The translations under genes and the position numbers were made by a program. From positions 224,001-288,000 of the forward strand of contig JBMNIH010000002.1 in assembly GCA_050950825.1 (NCBI GenBank): DNA of 64,000 nucleotides. Direction: 5' to 3'. Shown one piece after another: positions 11,012-20,337 of this stretch; position 1 is the first letter of the stretch; every line of letters starts with the position of its first letter. The DNA is from Clostridia bacterium (GTDB lineage Bacteria > Bacillota > Clostridia > JAAYHZ01). The notes under the pieces are model-generated. The model searched no databases. It worked only from the letters and a program-made list of their open reading frames with translations, and was not told the DNA's origin.

Positions 11012-12187
11012 CATGATAATGGATTTTAAGGATTGCCTGCGATATTTTCCGACCTTTTTCGGCTTCCACAAAAGATCCGCTATCTCTTTCATCGGATTGT
11101 CATCGGAGGTATCTTGTATCACTTCTTTGTATTTTCCCAATATCGCATCGGCAAGAGTCGGAATCGTATATACCTTCAATCGGTCAACTTTTAAAATATC
11201 CGCCGTTATTTCCATGGCTGCGACAAATCCCGAAACCTCGTCGAAATTCGTACCGCAATAATTCTTCAAACGCCGAAGCATGCGGTAAATCATAAAACCG
11301 TCCGGTTTTCCTTGGCGATTCACCATTTCCATGTCCGTCATCCATCGGCCGTATTCTTCTTGCTTCGGAATTTCATACCATCCGGAAAAAGAATCTTCAT
11401 GATAGCTTAAATAATACCGGATACCCTTTACCATGCCGAAGGCCTTCAGCGTATCCAAGTAGCCGGTCTTCATATTGGTGTGCACTTGCTCTTTTTCAAA
11501 CTGCAAAACCCCGCCGGGATTCGTATTTTTTACGGTAATGATATTCAGCCCTTCGGTATCCACCTTTTTTACGCGACCGATAGCCGAAAGGTCCACCACG
11601 ATAAGATTTTTAAATCCTTTATCCGCCAGCACCGAAACGGGTACATTGTCGTAAACGCCACCGTCCACATACAGCTTGTCGTCTACGATATGGTCTTGAA
11701 AAAGAGGGAAAGCGGCGCTGGCCATGATATATTCCACTAGCTTTCCTTCCGGAATTTCGTCGATGTATTTTACGATAGGCTTCATATCGGTTAAAGAGAA
11801 GGTAACCAAACCGTAGAAAATGTCGGATTTTCGAATTTTTTCTTCATCGATATTTTGGGATAACAAGACCTTCAGCGCATGGGTATCCAACCCTCTGTTT
11901 TTAATAATGTTTTTTACATAATCGATTTTTTCTTGGAAGGACATTTTGCTTCGCTTTTCCGCATCGAATAAAGCAAAGTCAAATATGACATCGTAATCGA
12001 TGTTCTCCCACACTCTTTTTGCCAATTCGAAATCCTTTTGTGCGAAAATCGCACCGTTAATGGCTCCTACCGATGTGCCGGCAACTGCGGCAATTTTAAT
12101 GTTCATTTCTTGGAGAGCTTTCCATACTCCCAATTGGTAAGAACCTCTTGCTCCGCCGCCGGCCAATATCAAACCGTATTCCGTCAT
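10895..12187 (-). CDS. Patatin-like phospholipase
   Basis: GGGARG, GTSVG nucleophile and DGG motifs. Confidence 0.92.
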   Translation of the reverse strand: MTEYGLILAGGGARGSYQLGVWKALQEMNIKIAAVAGTSVGAINGAIFAQKDFELAKRVWENIDYDVIFDFALFDAEKRSKMSFQEKIDYVKNIIKNRGLDTHALKVLLSQNIDEEKIRKSDIFYGLVTFSLTDMKPIVKYIDEIPEGKLVEYIMASAAFPLFQDHIVDDKLYVDGGVYDNVPVSVLADKGFKNLIVVDLSAIGRVKKVDTEGLNIITVKNTNPGGVLQFEKEQVHTNMKTGYLDTLKAFGMVKGIRYYLSYHEDSFSGWYEIPKQEEYGRWMTDMEMVNRQGKPDGFMIYRMLRRLKNYCGTNFDEVSGFVAAMEITADILKVDRLKVYTIPTLADAILGKYKEVIQDTSDDNPMKEIADLLWKPKKVGKYRRQSLKSIIMEKMDSGKQKILFTGNPDLLIANLFLYMLLFRRKDRESV

Positions 12188-12203
12188 GTTTTCACCTGTT
12201 TTG

Positions 12204-13307
12204 TCATTTTATATTCCAATAATCGCTTTCTTCATTGCAATTCTTTAGTTTAACCGCCATTATTTTTGACCTTAAAGCCGCATTTCGGATCCAAGGCGTA
12301 TAATATATTTTGCTTTTTGCAATCTTTCCTATGATATTTTGTCTTAACTTCGCCACGCCCTTTTCATAAAGGGCCAAGTATCTCTTCGGATCGGTCATTA
12401 TTGCGTGATAGAGCTCGTAAGAGGTTTTTAGGGCGTAGCTGATGCCTTCCGCCGAGCTGGTACTGATAAATCCCCCCGCTTCCCCGATCAAAGGGATGTC
12501 GCCGGACCGGCAACAAGGCAGTGCCGTAAATTCGGGACGAGCAATGAGGGTGCTTCGCTCGTTGATTTTTCTACCGGGGTTGATTCCCAATTCTCTCATA
12601 CGCCGAACCAAGACCTCCATGGAATCTTTTTTATATCGGTCTTCCGATACGGCGTATCCTACGACCAGCTTATCCGCCTTCGGTATCATCCAGCCGTAAA
12701 AGTCCGTTAATCGTATATCAAAAAAGGAATAATACATAAAATACCGTTCATCCGCTTCGTATGCACATTGCACGGATATGTACCGAGGAACCTTTTGTAC
12801 ATTTCCGAGACGCGCCGTTTTCGAAACGCCCCCGTCGGCGCCAACCAAGGTTTTACACAAAAAGACTTCTTCCTTGCCGTTTTTTCGAACGGTCACCTTA
12901 TGGAAGTCTTTTTCCTTTTGAGCGTTCAGAAAAAGCGTATTTTCCCAAAGCTCCACATGTCCTTCCGACAGCGAATAAAGCCATCGGTCCAATTTCGCTC
13001 GATCGGTGTTGATATAAAAGCGTTGGTAGACGGCGCTTGCACCGGTTTTCAAATCCACGGCGTTTACGGCGAAAATTTGGGGATCAATCAATACGCGGAC
13101 CGGAATGCTCAAACGCTGGCAGGCAAACTCTTTTTGTGCATCCGGAGCCAGTAGCCCTCCGCACAGCTTCCCCTCTTTGATCATATCCTCTTGCCCCGAT
13201 ATGTTTCTTTTATCAATGAGCAAAATATCCTGTTTTCCTTTTAGTAGTCTTGCCAAATTCAAGCCTGCAATTCCGCACCCTACGATGCAAAGATCAAATG
13301 TTTTCAT
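12204..13307 (-). CDS. FAD-dependent oxidoreductase (CbrA/geranylgeranyl-reductase-like)
   Basis: GCGIAG, KLCGGLLAPDAQK, VGADG and GEAGG..SAEGIS motifs. Confidence 0.8.
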   Translation of the reverse strand: MKTFDLCIVGCGIAGLNLARLLKGKQDILLIDKRNISGQEDMIKEGKLCGGLLAPDAQKEFACQRLSIPVRVLIDPQIFAVNAVDLKTGASAVYQRFYINTDRAKLDRWLYSLSEGHVELWENTLFLNAQKEKDFHKVTVRKNGKEEVFLCKTLVGADGGVSKTARLGNVQKVPRYISVQCAYEADERYFMYYSFFDIRLTDFYGWMIPKADKLVVGYAVSEDRYKKDSMEVLVRRMRELGINPGRKINERSTLIARPEFTALPCCRSGDIPLIGEAGGFISTSSAEGISYALKTSYELYHAIMTDPKRYLALYEKGVAKLRQNIIGKIAKSKIYYTPWIRNAALRSKIMAVKLKNCNEESDYWNIK

Positions 13308-13340
13308 TCTATCTTCTTCCGCCTTCCGCGCTCGATTCGG

Positions 13341-14174
13341 TTATTTCTCCGCCATGATGTCAACCGTCACGGATTTGATAACCGCCAAGAATTCTCGTAA
13401 ATAACTGTTCGGTCGAATATACCAAGGCGTTTTCCCGGGTATTCCGTAGGGCGTAAATCCGTAGTGCTTCGCCAGCATTTTCGAGCGAAACATGTGAAAA
13501 TCACTGGTTGCGATGACCGTTTTCGCATCGATTTGTCCAAAGCGTTCTTCGATGATTTGCTTCGAAAACTTCATATTCTCGTTGGTGCTGGTTGACTTAG
13601 ACTCCGTCAATATTTTTTCTTCCGGTATACCCTTTGACATTAAATAGTTTTTCATAGCCGTCGCTTCCGGGACGGGCTCCTTCGGCCCTTGCCCGCCGGA
13701 GACCACAAATACGGCATCCGGATGTTGATTGTAATATTCCAATGCCGCATCCAAACGATTTTGTAATGTCTGCGTCAGACTCCCGTCGGGAAAAATGCCG
13801 CAACCTAAGACAAGGATAAAATCCGCCTTTTCATCCGACGATACGGTTTTCGATGCATGATAAATAATCAAGCCTTCTACAACAGCAAAAAGGATTAAGC
13901 CCGCTAAAAAAATTGCGTACGCCCCCTTCCGAAGCTTTCGGTTCCCTATGATCGGTCCTTTCTTTTTCAATCTTAAAAGAGAATAAAGAATGAGGACGGA
14001 ACCAAAAAGCGCCGGCATAATCAACCCCGCATCGATTCCGGGCATGAACGGTATTAATACAATCGTATCCAAAATGCCTGCAATTCCTAAGGCTATGAAT
14101 ATATACCACAGGAGATTGGTCCTTCTTTTTTTCGTTTTCTTCGTATCTTTGATGTCCATGATGTTCTTCGTCAT
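13341..14174 (-). CDS. YdcF/ElyC/SanA (DUF218) membrane protein
   Basis: Three TM helices; VLGCG, VSGGQG, STSTNEN, TSDFHMFR and YLRE motifs. Confidence 0.88.
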   Translation of the reverse strand: MTKNIMDIKDTKKTKKRRTNLLWYIFIALGIAGILDTIVLIPFMPGIDAGLIMPALFGSVLILYSLLRLKKKGPIIGNRKLRKGAYAIFLAGLILFAVVEGLIIYHASKTVSSDEKADFILVLGCGIFPDGSLTQTLQNRLDAALEYYNQHPDAVFVVSGGQGPKEPVPEATAMKNYLMSKGIPEEKILTESKSTSTNENMKFSKQIIEERFGQIDAKTVIATSDFHMFRSKMLAKHYGFTPYGIPGKTPWYIRPNSYLREFLAVIKSVTVDIMAEK

Positions 14175-14180
14175 ATGTAC

Positions 14181-14209
14181 ATAATAAACTTTTCCATTAA
14201 CTGTGTCAA
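14181..14209 (-). promoter_or_regulatory. Sigma-A promoter TTGACA-17-TATTAT of the DUF218 operon
   Basis: -35 at 14209-14204, -10 at 14186-14181. Confidence 0.75.
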
Positions 14210-14224
14210 TTTACTTATAAGCTT

Positions 14225-16000
14225 GATAGTGTCAACTTACTGTAGGGAAAAAATGAATAGATGACATCCTGAATTTTTGTTAGAGCAACACTACTATGGG
14301 AATGCTGCTAATAGCAAGAATCCCTCATATAATCTGCCGGATAGAGCAGACTCTTCACGTGTTCGTGGTTGTTGTCTACCCAATTATATCACATCAACAT
14401 CACCTTTTGTAAGAAGTCGGGTTTTCCCTACAATCTTATCCACACAAACCTCTTAACCATTTCAATTCATTGTATAAACCGGTTTTATGCCCTTTCGCAA
14501 GAACCGTTAGTTTACTGTTCCATACATTCTCATAACCGCTTGATAATCTCCTTAATTCTTTTATCAGTATTTCTTGTTCTTCTCGTTTTTTGACCGCTGC
14601 TTTTCTTCGCTTTTGTGCCATAACCAAGTCATATACCCTTCCGCCGTTCTTTGTATAGATCAATAACTTCGACATCTTTTCTACACCGATTTTAGACCAT
14701 CCTCTGGGGCGTGTACTCAAACGATCGGAATATACATGACTTATATGACCTTCCGCACTACAGCCGACAATTTCAGCCCCCTTGTCTTTTTTTATTTTTA
14801 TCCCGTCCCAATTATTTAATATATATCGCTTTGCACCTTTTATGGTTTCCAGTTTGCTATCATTGCTTGTCAATTCAATTATTTTTTCAAATGTCTCCTT
14901 CACTTTGTTTTTATCGGCATGGTTTATCGCTTCCTCCAGTTCTTGCCGTATCGTTCTGTCATCCAAATGAGCCGTTGCTTGTTTAATGTATTTTTTTAGA
15001 TGGAAGTTATCCAACACAAACTTACTCTTTGGCAGCCAATTCAGACCATTCTTAATCCATGAAGCTCCGTCACCCGATAAGTATATGGTTTCCAAGCATT
15101 CGACATCGTACTGTTCGTCTATGTAGTCCGCCACTTTAATCCAAAGATCATCCGTGTTTTCACATATTTCTCCGAAATAGCGGACATTCTTTAATACATT
15201 TCTGTTTTTGCTGCTTTTTTCCGTATCAATTCCCTCATGCACATAAACAAGTTTCGGTGTGACTTTCTTTTTTGTGCCTTTCTTTTCTTTTGATACACAC
15301 TTGGTTTGTAAAGATACATAATCCTCATCCGCCTCGACGTACAATGTTTTCAACTTCTTCTTTTTTTCCACCTTTATTTCGGGCTCGATGATCTCCAGAT
15401 TATGTATTTTCTTCATTACCGCTTGTTTGCTGATTTCATCAAGGTATGTGGCCATTTCTCCCGCTTTCCTGTAACTGCTTTCAACGGCTTCTTCTATTAC
15501 ATTAATAACGACATCTGCACTTACTCTATCATGCGGTTCTATTCCTATAATCTTATCGACCAAGTATTCTCGTTTACCTCCATTTTTCAGCTTAAAATAT
15601 GTCCTGCTATATCTAACCTCTCCGAAAATCGTTAAAATCTTGTTTTCGTCTTTTCTGATAATTTCCCAGTACTTTTTTCTCTCTTCATTGTTTCTCAATA
15701 GATCATCCATATCTTCAATTACTTCTTGTAAGATATTTCTAATAAGTTCAAACACATCTTCTTTTAAATTCAGGATCAAGTCTGCCAAGTCTCCACCGTT
15801 ACTTACAAAATCTTTAACCCTTTTTTCAATATTTTTTACCCCAAATTCGATAAAATGGTTTATACTATTGTACATAGATGACATCCTTTCTTAAGAATAT
15901 TTGTTTTAGGTTTATTAAATATATCTTAACAGGATGTCATCTTCTTTTCAATTATAGCTGGTATTTTATTCCTCAATCCCTACAGTAACTTTACTCTATG
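14225..16000 (-). mobile_element. ISLre2-family IS, copy 1 (1776 bp)
   Basis: IRs GATAGTGTCAACTTACTGTAGGGA / CATAGAGTAAAGTTACTGTAGGGA; 8-bp TSD ATAAGCTT (14217-14224, 16001-16008). Confidence 0.92.
14436..15875 (-). CDS. ISLre2-family (UPF0236) DDE transposase
   Basis: YVEADED, LSGDGASWI, LDNFHL and GCSAEGHISH motifs; likely start MYNSINHF after AAAGGA. Confidence 0.9.
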   Translation of the reverse strand: MYNSINHFIEFGVKNIEKRVKDFVSNGGDLADLILNLKEDVFELIRNILQEVIEDMDDLLRNNEERKKYWEIIRKDENKILTIFGEVRYSRTYFKLKNGGKREYLVDKIIGIEPHDRVSADVVINVIEEAVESSYRKAGEMATYLDEISKQAVMKKIHNLEIIEPEIKVEKKKKLKTLYVEADEDYVSLQTKCVSKEKKGTKKKVTPKLVYVHEGIDTEKSSKNRNVLKNVRYFGEICENTDDLWIKVADYIDEQYDVECLETIYLSGDGASWIKNGLNWLPKSKFVLDNFHLKKYIKQATAHLDDRTIRQELEEAINHADKNKVKETFEKIIELTSNDSKLETIKGAKRYILNNWDGIKIKKDKGAEIVGCSAEGHISHVYSDRLSTRPRGWSKIGVEKMSKLLIYTKNGGRVYDLVMAQKRRKAAVKKREEQEILIKELRRLSSGYENVWNSKLTVLAKGHKTGLYNELKWLRGLCG

Positions 16001-16129
16001 ATAAGCTTCGAGCTTCATCCGATGATTTATAATCCTTTAATTCCTAATATTGGATAATAAGTTGTTTATATTATAAGCCGGCTTATGTTAGAATATATTT
16101 ACAATATAGATGGAATGGAGGGAGTTTTT

Positions 16130-17433
16130 TTGTCACGTCAGAATATAAGCATGACACCGGTGGAACGGAACGTGAAAGAGTGCCTCCGGAAGTTCGCTCC
16201 CCGCACAGGCCGCAAAAACGTTGCCTGTCTCAAGAAACGTATCGGCCGGTCGTGCAGTGCAAATGCCGCCGCCATGACCGAAACAAAAAGGGAAATTAAA
16301 AAGCATATCACTTTAATCGCACGAAAATCGAAAACACTTTCAATAATGCTGGCTGCAGTATTCTTGTCTGCGGCTTTTACGACGGGTTGTACCTATACCG
16401 GAGCCGAATTCAAAAAAGGCGTTCATAGTATGGAGTATGAGACAACCGAAGCGCAAGAGGATGAAGGGACCGAAAAACTTGTTTCATCCGAGGATATTCT
16501 CAAAAAGCTTGACGAGATTATCGGAAATCCTCGTCTCTCCGGGGATGAATTAAAGTCTGAAGGAGACCTTCTTGGAATGGAAACGGTAACGGTTGAAACC
16601 GTGGAAGAGTTTCTTGATTCAATTGGACCCCATAAGGTTATAAAACTGAGTCCCGGAACATACCGATTGGATGAATTACCGAGCGGTTATAAAGGCAATG
16701 AATACGTACGCATCCAAGAGGAAAGGCAAGGAAACCGATTCGGAGGCAAGGAGATCGTAATCCGTGATGTGGAAAACTTATGGATAGAGGGACTTGGAAA
16801 CGAGCGAGTGAACGTGGTGACGGCAGATCAAGAGGCAAACGTACTGACCTTTGAAAACGCAAGCTATGTTTTTATTGATAATTTATGCTTAGGCCACCTG
16901 CCGAAAAAAGGCGGCTGCTACGGAGGGGTCGCTGTCTTCATAAATTCCGCTAAAATAAGGATTGAGAATACCGAGTTATTCGGATGCGGGATTAACGGCC
17001 TTGAGCTGTGCAATACCGAGGATGTCTTATTTACACGCTCCGTCATTACCGACTGCTCATCCGGCATCCTGTTTTTAAGCAATTCGTCGAGAGTATGCTT
17101 TGAGTACTCAAGCTTCAAGGAGAACAGAGGAACGGCCTTCGTGAATATAAACAACTGCAGCGATGTGATTTTTAGAGGCTGTAGCTTTGAGAACAATACG
17201 GCGGTTACCGACATTGCGGCTCTTTTCGTTATTGATTGCGCTTATTCCCCTACGTATATTACTCCGAGCCTAAAGATTTGGTATCGGACGTTTTGGTCGC
17301 CGATACCCGTTTCGCCAATAACGAAATAACATCAAACCGGTTCGCGAGGTTTTCCGACAATAGCGGCAACAGTATAAAATTAGAAAACAACACATTTGAG
17401 GGCAGCGGTCCGTACCCCGATGCTTCGAGCTAA
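16130..17433 (+). pseudogene. Right-handed beta-helix lipoprotein with a frameshift near 17255-17275
   Basis: Lipobox-like FTTGC; parallel beta-helix repeats; the repeats continue in the 17236-17433 frame (DTRFANNEITSN..ENNTFEG). Confidence 0.6.
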
Positions 17434-18113
17434 CGAACGGTATCCATTCGCTTATGGATTTTAGCCGCCGCCTTAATAAAGCCCCGTTCTTCGGGTATGT
17501 ATTCGTCGCATAAAGTCAAGATTTCTTCTTTGTTTTTTATCTCAAATTCGTCCTCTACCCCTACGATATAAAACCCTAAAGCCTTTGCCGTTTTGATGCT
17601 GTATAAAGCATCCTCGAATAGGGCTACATCCTCCGCTTCACAGTCGAATTTTCTTAAAACCGCATGGAATATGTCAGGATCGTGTTTTCCTTTCGGGTAG
17701 TCGTCCGGTGTAAGAATAAAATCAAAATAATCTCGAATACCGGTCTTTTCAAGGGCGATTTCCACCTGTTTACCGGGTGTTGCGGATGCAACACACATCG
17801 GAATGTTCTTTTCCGCAAGGGCTTCCAAAAACTCCACGGCACCTTTTTTCGGTTCCGCACTGTGCCTGTAATGGTATTCAATAACCGATAAAACGTCTTG
17901 GAAGGATACTTTGTCTAAAAGATTCGTCCCGGTTAAGGATCGAATGTATTCCAATCCGCTTCTTACGGTCATTTTTCGAAGCACGCATTCAAGATCATCG
18001 GTCATACCCTTGACGCCTCTTTGCTTTGCAATCTCGAAAGCGGCACTTCTCCAATATTTCATGGTATCAAGCAATGTTCCGTCCATATCAAATACGGCAT
18101 AACGATAACGCAT
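17430..18113 (-). CDS. HAD-superfamily phosphatase
   Basis: FDMDGTLLDT, ASAT, GKHDP and FEDA motifs. Confidence 0.9.
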   Translation of the reverse strand: MRYRYAVFDMDGTLLDTMKYWRSAAFEIAKQRGVKGMTDDLECVLRKMTVRSGLEYIRSLTGTNLLDKVSFQDVLSVIEYHYRHSAEPKKGAVEFLEALAEKNIPMCVASATPGKQVEIALEKTGIRDYFDFILTPDDYPKGKHDPDIFHAVLRKFDCEAEDVALFEDALYSIKTAKALGFYIVGVEDEFEIKNKEEILTLCDEYIPEERGFIKAAAKIHKRMDTVR

Positions 18114-18164
18114 TTTTACCCCCTAGTCCCTTTATAACATGCCGTCAAAAAAAACGTATACAAT

Positions 18165-18196
18165 AAAAGAAGCCGTTGAAACGACGGACTTCTTTT
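18165..18196 (-). terminator. Terminator of the tRNA operon
   Basis: AAAAGAAG-CCGT...ACGG-ACTTCTTTT hairpin directly after tRNA-Tyr. Confidence 0.65.
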
Positions 18197-18199
18197 AAA

Positions 18200-18284
18200 T
18201 GGTGGAGGAAGGTGGATTCGAACCACCGAAGGCACTGCCAACAGATTTACAGTCTGCCCCCTTTGGCCGCTCGGGAATTCCTCC
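18200..18284 (-). tRNA. tRNA-Tyr(GTA)
   Basis: GGAGGAATTCCCGAGCGGCCAAAGGGGGCAGACTGTAAATCTG...GTTCGAATCC...ACCA; long variable arm. Confidence 0.97.
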
Positions 18285-18287
18285 GTA

Positions 18288-18363
18288 TGGAGCTGGTGGA
18301 CGGATTCGAACCCCCGACCTGCTGATTACAAATCAGCTGCTCTACCTGCTGAGCTACACCAGC
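18288..18363 (-). tRNA. tRNA-Thr(TGT)
   Basis: GCTGGTGTAGCTCAG...CTGATTTGTAATCAG...TTCGAATCC..CCA. Confidence 0.97.
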
Positions 18364-18378
18364 ACTTTTTTAAAAAAA

Positions 18379-18455
18379 TGGCGACCCGGAAGGGACTCGA
18401 ACCCTCGACCTCCAGCGTGACAGGCTGGCATTCTAACCGACTGAACTACCGGGCC
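18379..18455 (-). tRNA. tRNA-Asp(GTC)
   Basis: GGCCCGGTAGTTCAG...CCTGTCACGC...GTTCGAGTCCC..CCA. Confidence 0.97.
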
Positions 18456-18459
18456 GTGT

Positions 18460-18534
18460 TGGTGACCCATAGGGGATTCGAACCCCTGTTACCGCCGTGA
18501 AAGGGCGATGTCTTAACCACTTGACCAATGGGCC
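18460..18534 (-). tRNA. tRNA-Glu(TTC)
   Basis: GGCCCATTGGTCAAG...CCCTTTCACGG...GTTCGAATCCCC..CCA. Confidence 0.97.
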
Positions 18535-18567
18535 ATTTTTCGTCGTTCGGAACACGACGCATTGTTT

Positions 18568-18596
18568 ATTTTAACTGCCTCCATCTTTATTGTCAA
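18568..18596 (-). promoter_or_regulatory. Sigma-A promoter TTGACA-17-TAAAAT for tRNA-Glu-Asp-Thr-Tyr
   Basis: Near-consensus hexamers with a 17-bp spacer. Confidence 0.8.
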
Positions 18597-18641
18597 GTGC
18601 TTTTTCATCGATCCGTTCGATTTTTGTTTTGGAGAGCAGTT

Positions 18642-18717
18642 TGGTGAGCCATCGGGGGTTCGAACCCCGGACCCCATGATTAAAAGTCATGTGCTCTACC
18701 TGCTGAGCTAATGGCTC
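18642..18717 (-). tRNA. tRNA-Lys(TTT)
   Basis: GAGCCATTAGCTCAG...GACTTTTAATC...GTTCGAACCCC..CCA. Confidence 0.97.
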
Positions 18718-18766
18718 TCATATTGCGAAGCGGTTCAAATTTCTCGAATCGCTAACGTGCTGTGCC

Positions 18767-18795
18767 ATTTTAATATATCTTCGGTGCTTTGTCAA
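18767..18795 (-). promoter_or_regulatory. Sigma-A promoter TTGACA-17-TAAAAT for tRNA-Lys
   Basis: Near-consensus hexamers with a 17-bp spacer. Confidence 0.8.
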
Positions 18796-18933
18796 TACCA
18801 AAAGAAAGAGTTTTTCTCCGATAGACCGGAAAGTTTCTGTGTTTTTCTGCGAATGCTACGTATACTTTTTTATTGTTCTGTTTTTCGCGGAATGCTATAA
18901 TTAAAAACACACCTGTCGTAGGAGGACAAGCTA

Positions 18934-20238
18934 ATGAAACAAGATATGATAGTAGTTTTAGATTTAGGAAGTACAAAAAATACGGAAATCGCAAGAGCCG
19001 TTCGCAATTTAGGCGTTTACAGTGAAATACATCCCCATGATATTACCGTCGATCAGCTTACACAATTGTCCGGCGTAAAAGGAATCATTATAAACGGCGG
19101 AAAGAATAACATCGTAAACGGAGCTGTTATTGATGTGATGCCTGAGATTTATCATACCGGCTACCCTATTTTATCCGTAGGGCATCCGCTAGCTAAATGC
19201 GAGAATCTCGAGACTTGGCCCGATTCCGAAGAAGAAATCCGGAATCTTTTAAAAGGCTTTGTATTCGATGTTTGCCATGCCCAACCGAATTGGAATATGA
19301 AGAATTTTATCGAGGATCAAGTAAAAGCGATTCGAGAACAAGTAGGAAATAAAAAGGTTCTTCTTGCTTTATCCGGCGGGGTGGACAGTACCGTTGTCGC
19401 CACACTCCTTATTAAAGCCATCGGGAAGCAACTGGTTTGCGTTCATGTTAATACCGGGTTGATGCGCAAAGGCGAGTCGGAGTCCATCGTTCGGTTATTC
19501 GAAAAACAGTTAGGCGAAAATCTCATTTTCGTAGATGCAAGCGAGCGGTTCTTAAAGAAGCTGGAAGGCATTGCGGATCCCGAGCAAAAACGAAAGATCA
19601 TCGGTGCCGAGTTTATTCGCGTATTTGAAGAAGAAGCCAAAAAGCTGGACGGAATCGAATTCTTGGCACAAGGAACCATTTATCCCGATGTGGTGGAAAG
19701 CGGCACAAAAACCATGGAAACCATAAAGTCCCATCACAACGTGGGAGGACTGCCGAAGGACCTTCAATTTAAGCTGGTCGAGCCCTTGTACCATCTTTTT
19801 AAAGATGAAGTACGAGCCTGCGGTCTCGAATTGGGACTGCCCGAATCCATGGTATACAGACAACCCTTCCCCGGTCCCGGTTTAGGCGTTCGCTGCTTAG
19901 GAGCCATTACCAAAGACCGTTTGGAAGCCATTCGAGAATCGGACAGCATACTGCGAGAAGAGTTCGAAAAAGCCGGATTGAATAAAAAGGTATGGCAGTA
20001 CTTTACCGTGGTCCCCGACTTTATGTCCGTAGGAGTCAAAAACCAAGTTCGATGCTACGAATATCCGGTCATTATCCGCGCCATTAATACCGTCGATGCC
20101 ATGACGGCGGATGTAGCCCAAATCGATTGGTCCATTTTAATGAAAATTACCGATCGAATCTTAAAAGAAGTCCCTCATGTAAACCGGGTTTGTTTCGACT
20201 TAAGTCCGAAACCGCCTGCAACCATCGAATGGGAGTAA
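18934..20238 (+). CDS. guaA: GMP synthase, short form with a reduced glutaminase domain
   Basis: ALSGGVDS, QGTIYPDVVES, IKSHHNVGG, QPFPGPGL and KPPATIEWE motifs; N-domain lacks GICxG and HPE. Confidence 0.85.
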   Translation: MKQDMIVVLDLGSTKNTEIARAVRNLGVYSEIHPHDITVDQLTQLSGVKGIIINGGKNNIVNGAVIDVMPEIYHTGYPILSVGHPLAKCENLETWPDSEEEIRNLLKGFVFDVCHAQPNWNMKNFIEDQVKAIREQVGNKKVLLALSGGVDSTVVATLLIKAIGKQLVCVHVNTGLMRKGESESIVRLFEKQLGENLIFVDASERFLKKLEGIADPEQKRKIIGAEFIRVFEEEAKKLDGIEFLAQGTIYPDVVESGTKTMETIKSHHNVGGLPKDLQFKLVEPLYHLFKDEVRACGLELGLPESMVYRQPFPGPGLGVRCLGAITKDRLEAIRESDSILREEFEKAGLNKKVWQYFTVVPDFMSVGVKNQVRCYEYPVIIRAINTVDAMTADVAQIDWSILMKITDRILKEVPHVNRVCFDLSPKPPATIEWE

Positions 20239-20273
20239 AGAAAAGACGAGCAAAAAACGAATATTTAAATACG

Positions 20274-20306
20274 GTAAAAAAAGCATCCAACGGATGCTTT
20301 TTTTAC
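20274..20306. terminator. Bidirectional terminator
   Basis: A-run-GCATCC-AAC-GGATGC-T-run. Confidence 0.8.
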
Positions 20307-20337
20307 AATCGTTTTCTTTCCAATAGTATCGGATGCA

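Noticed and set aside
18199-18420. 73-aa ORF
   Set aside because: It is the antisense of the tRNA genes.
18800-18933. Purine riboswitch before guaA
   Set aside because: The leader is short and shows no purine aptamer core.
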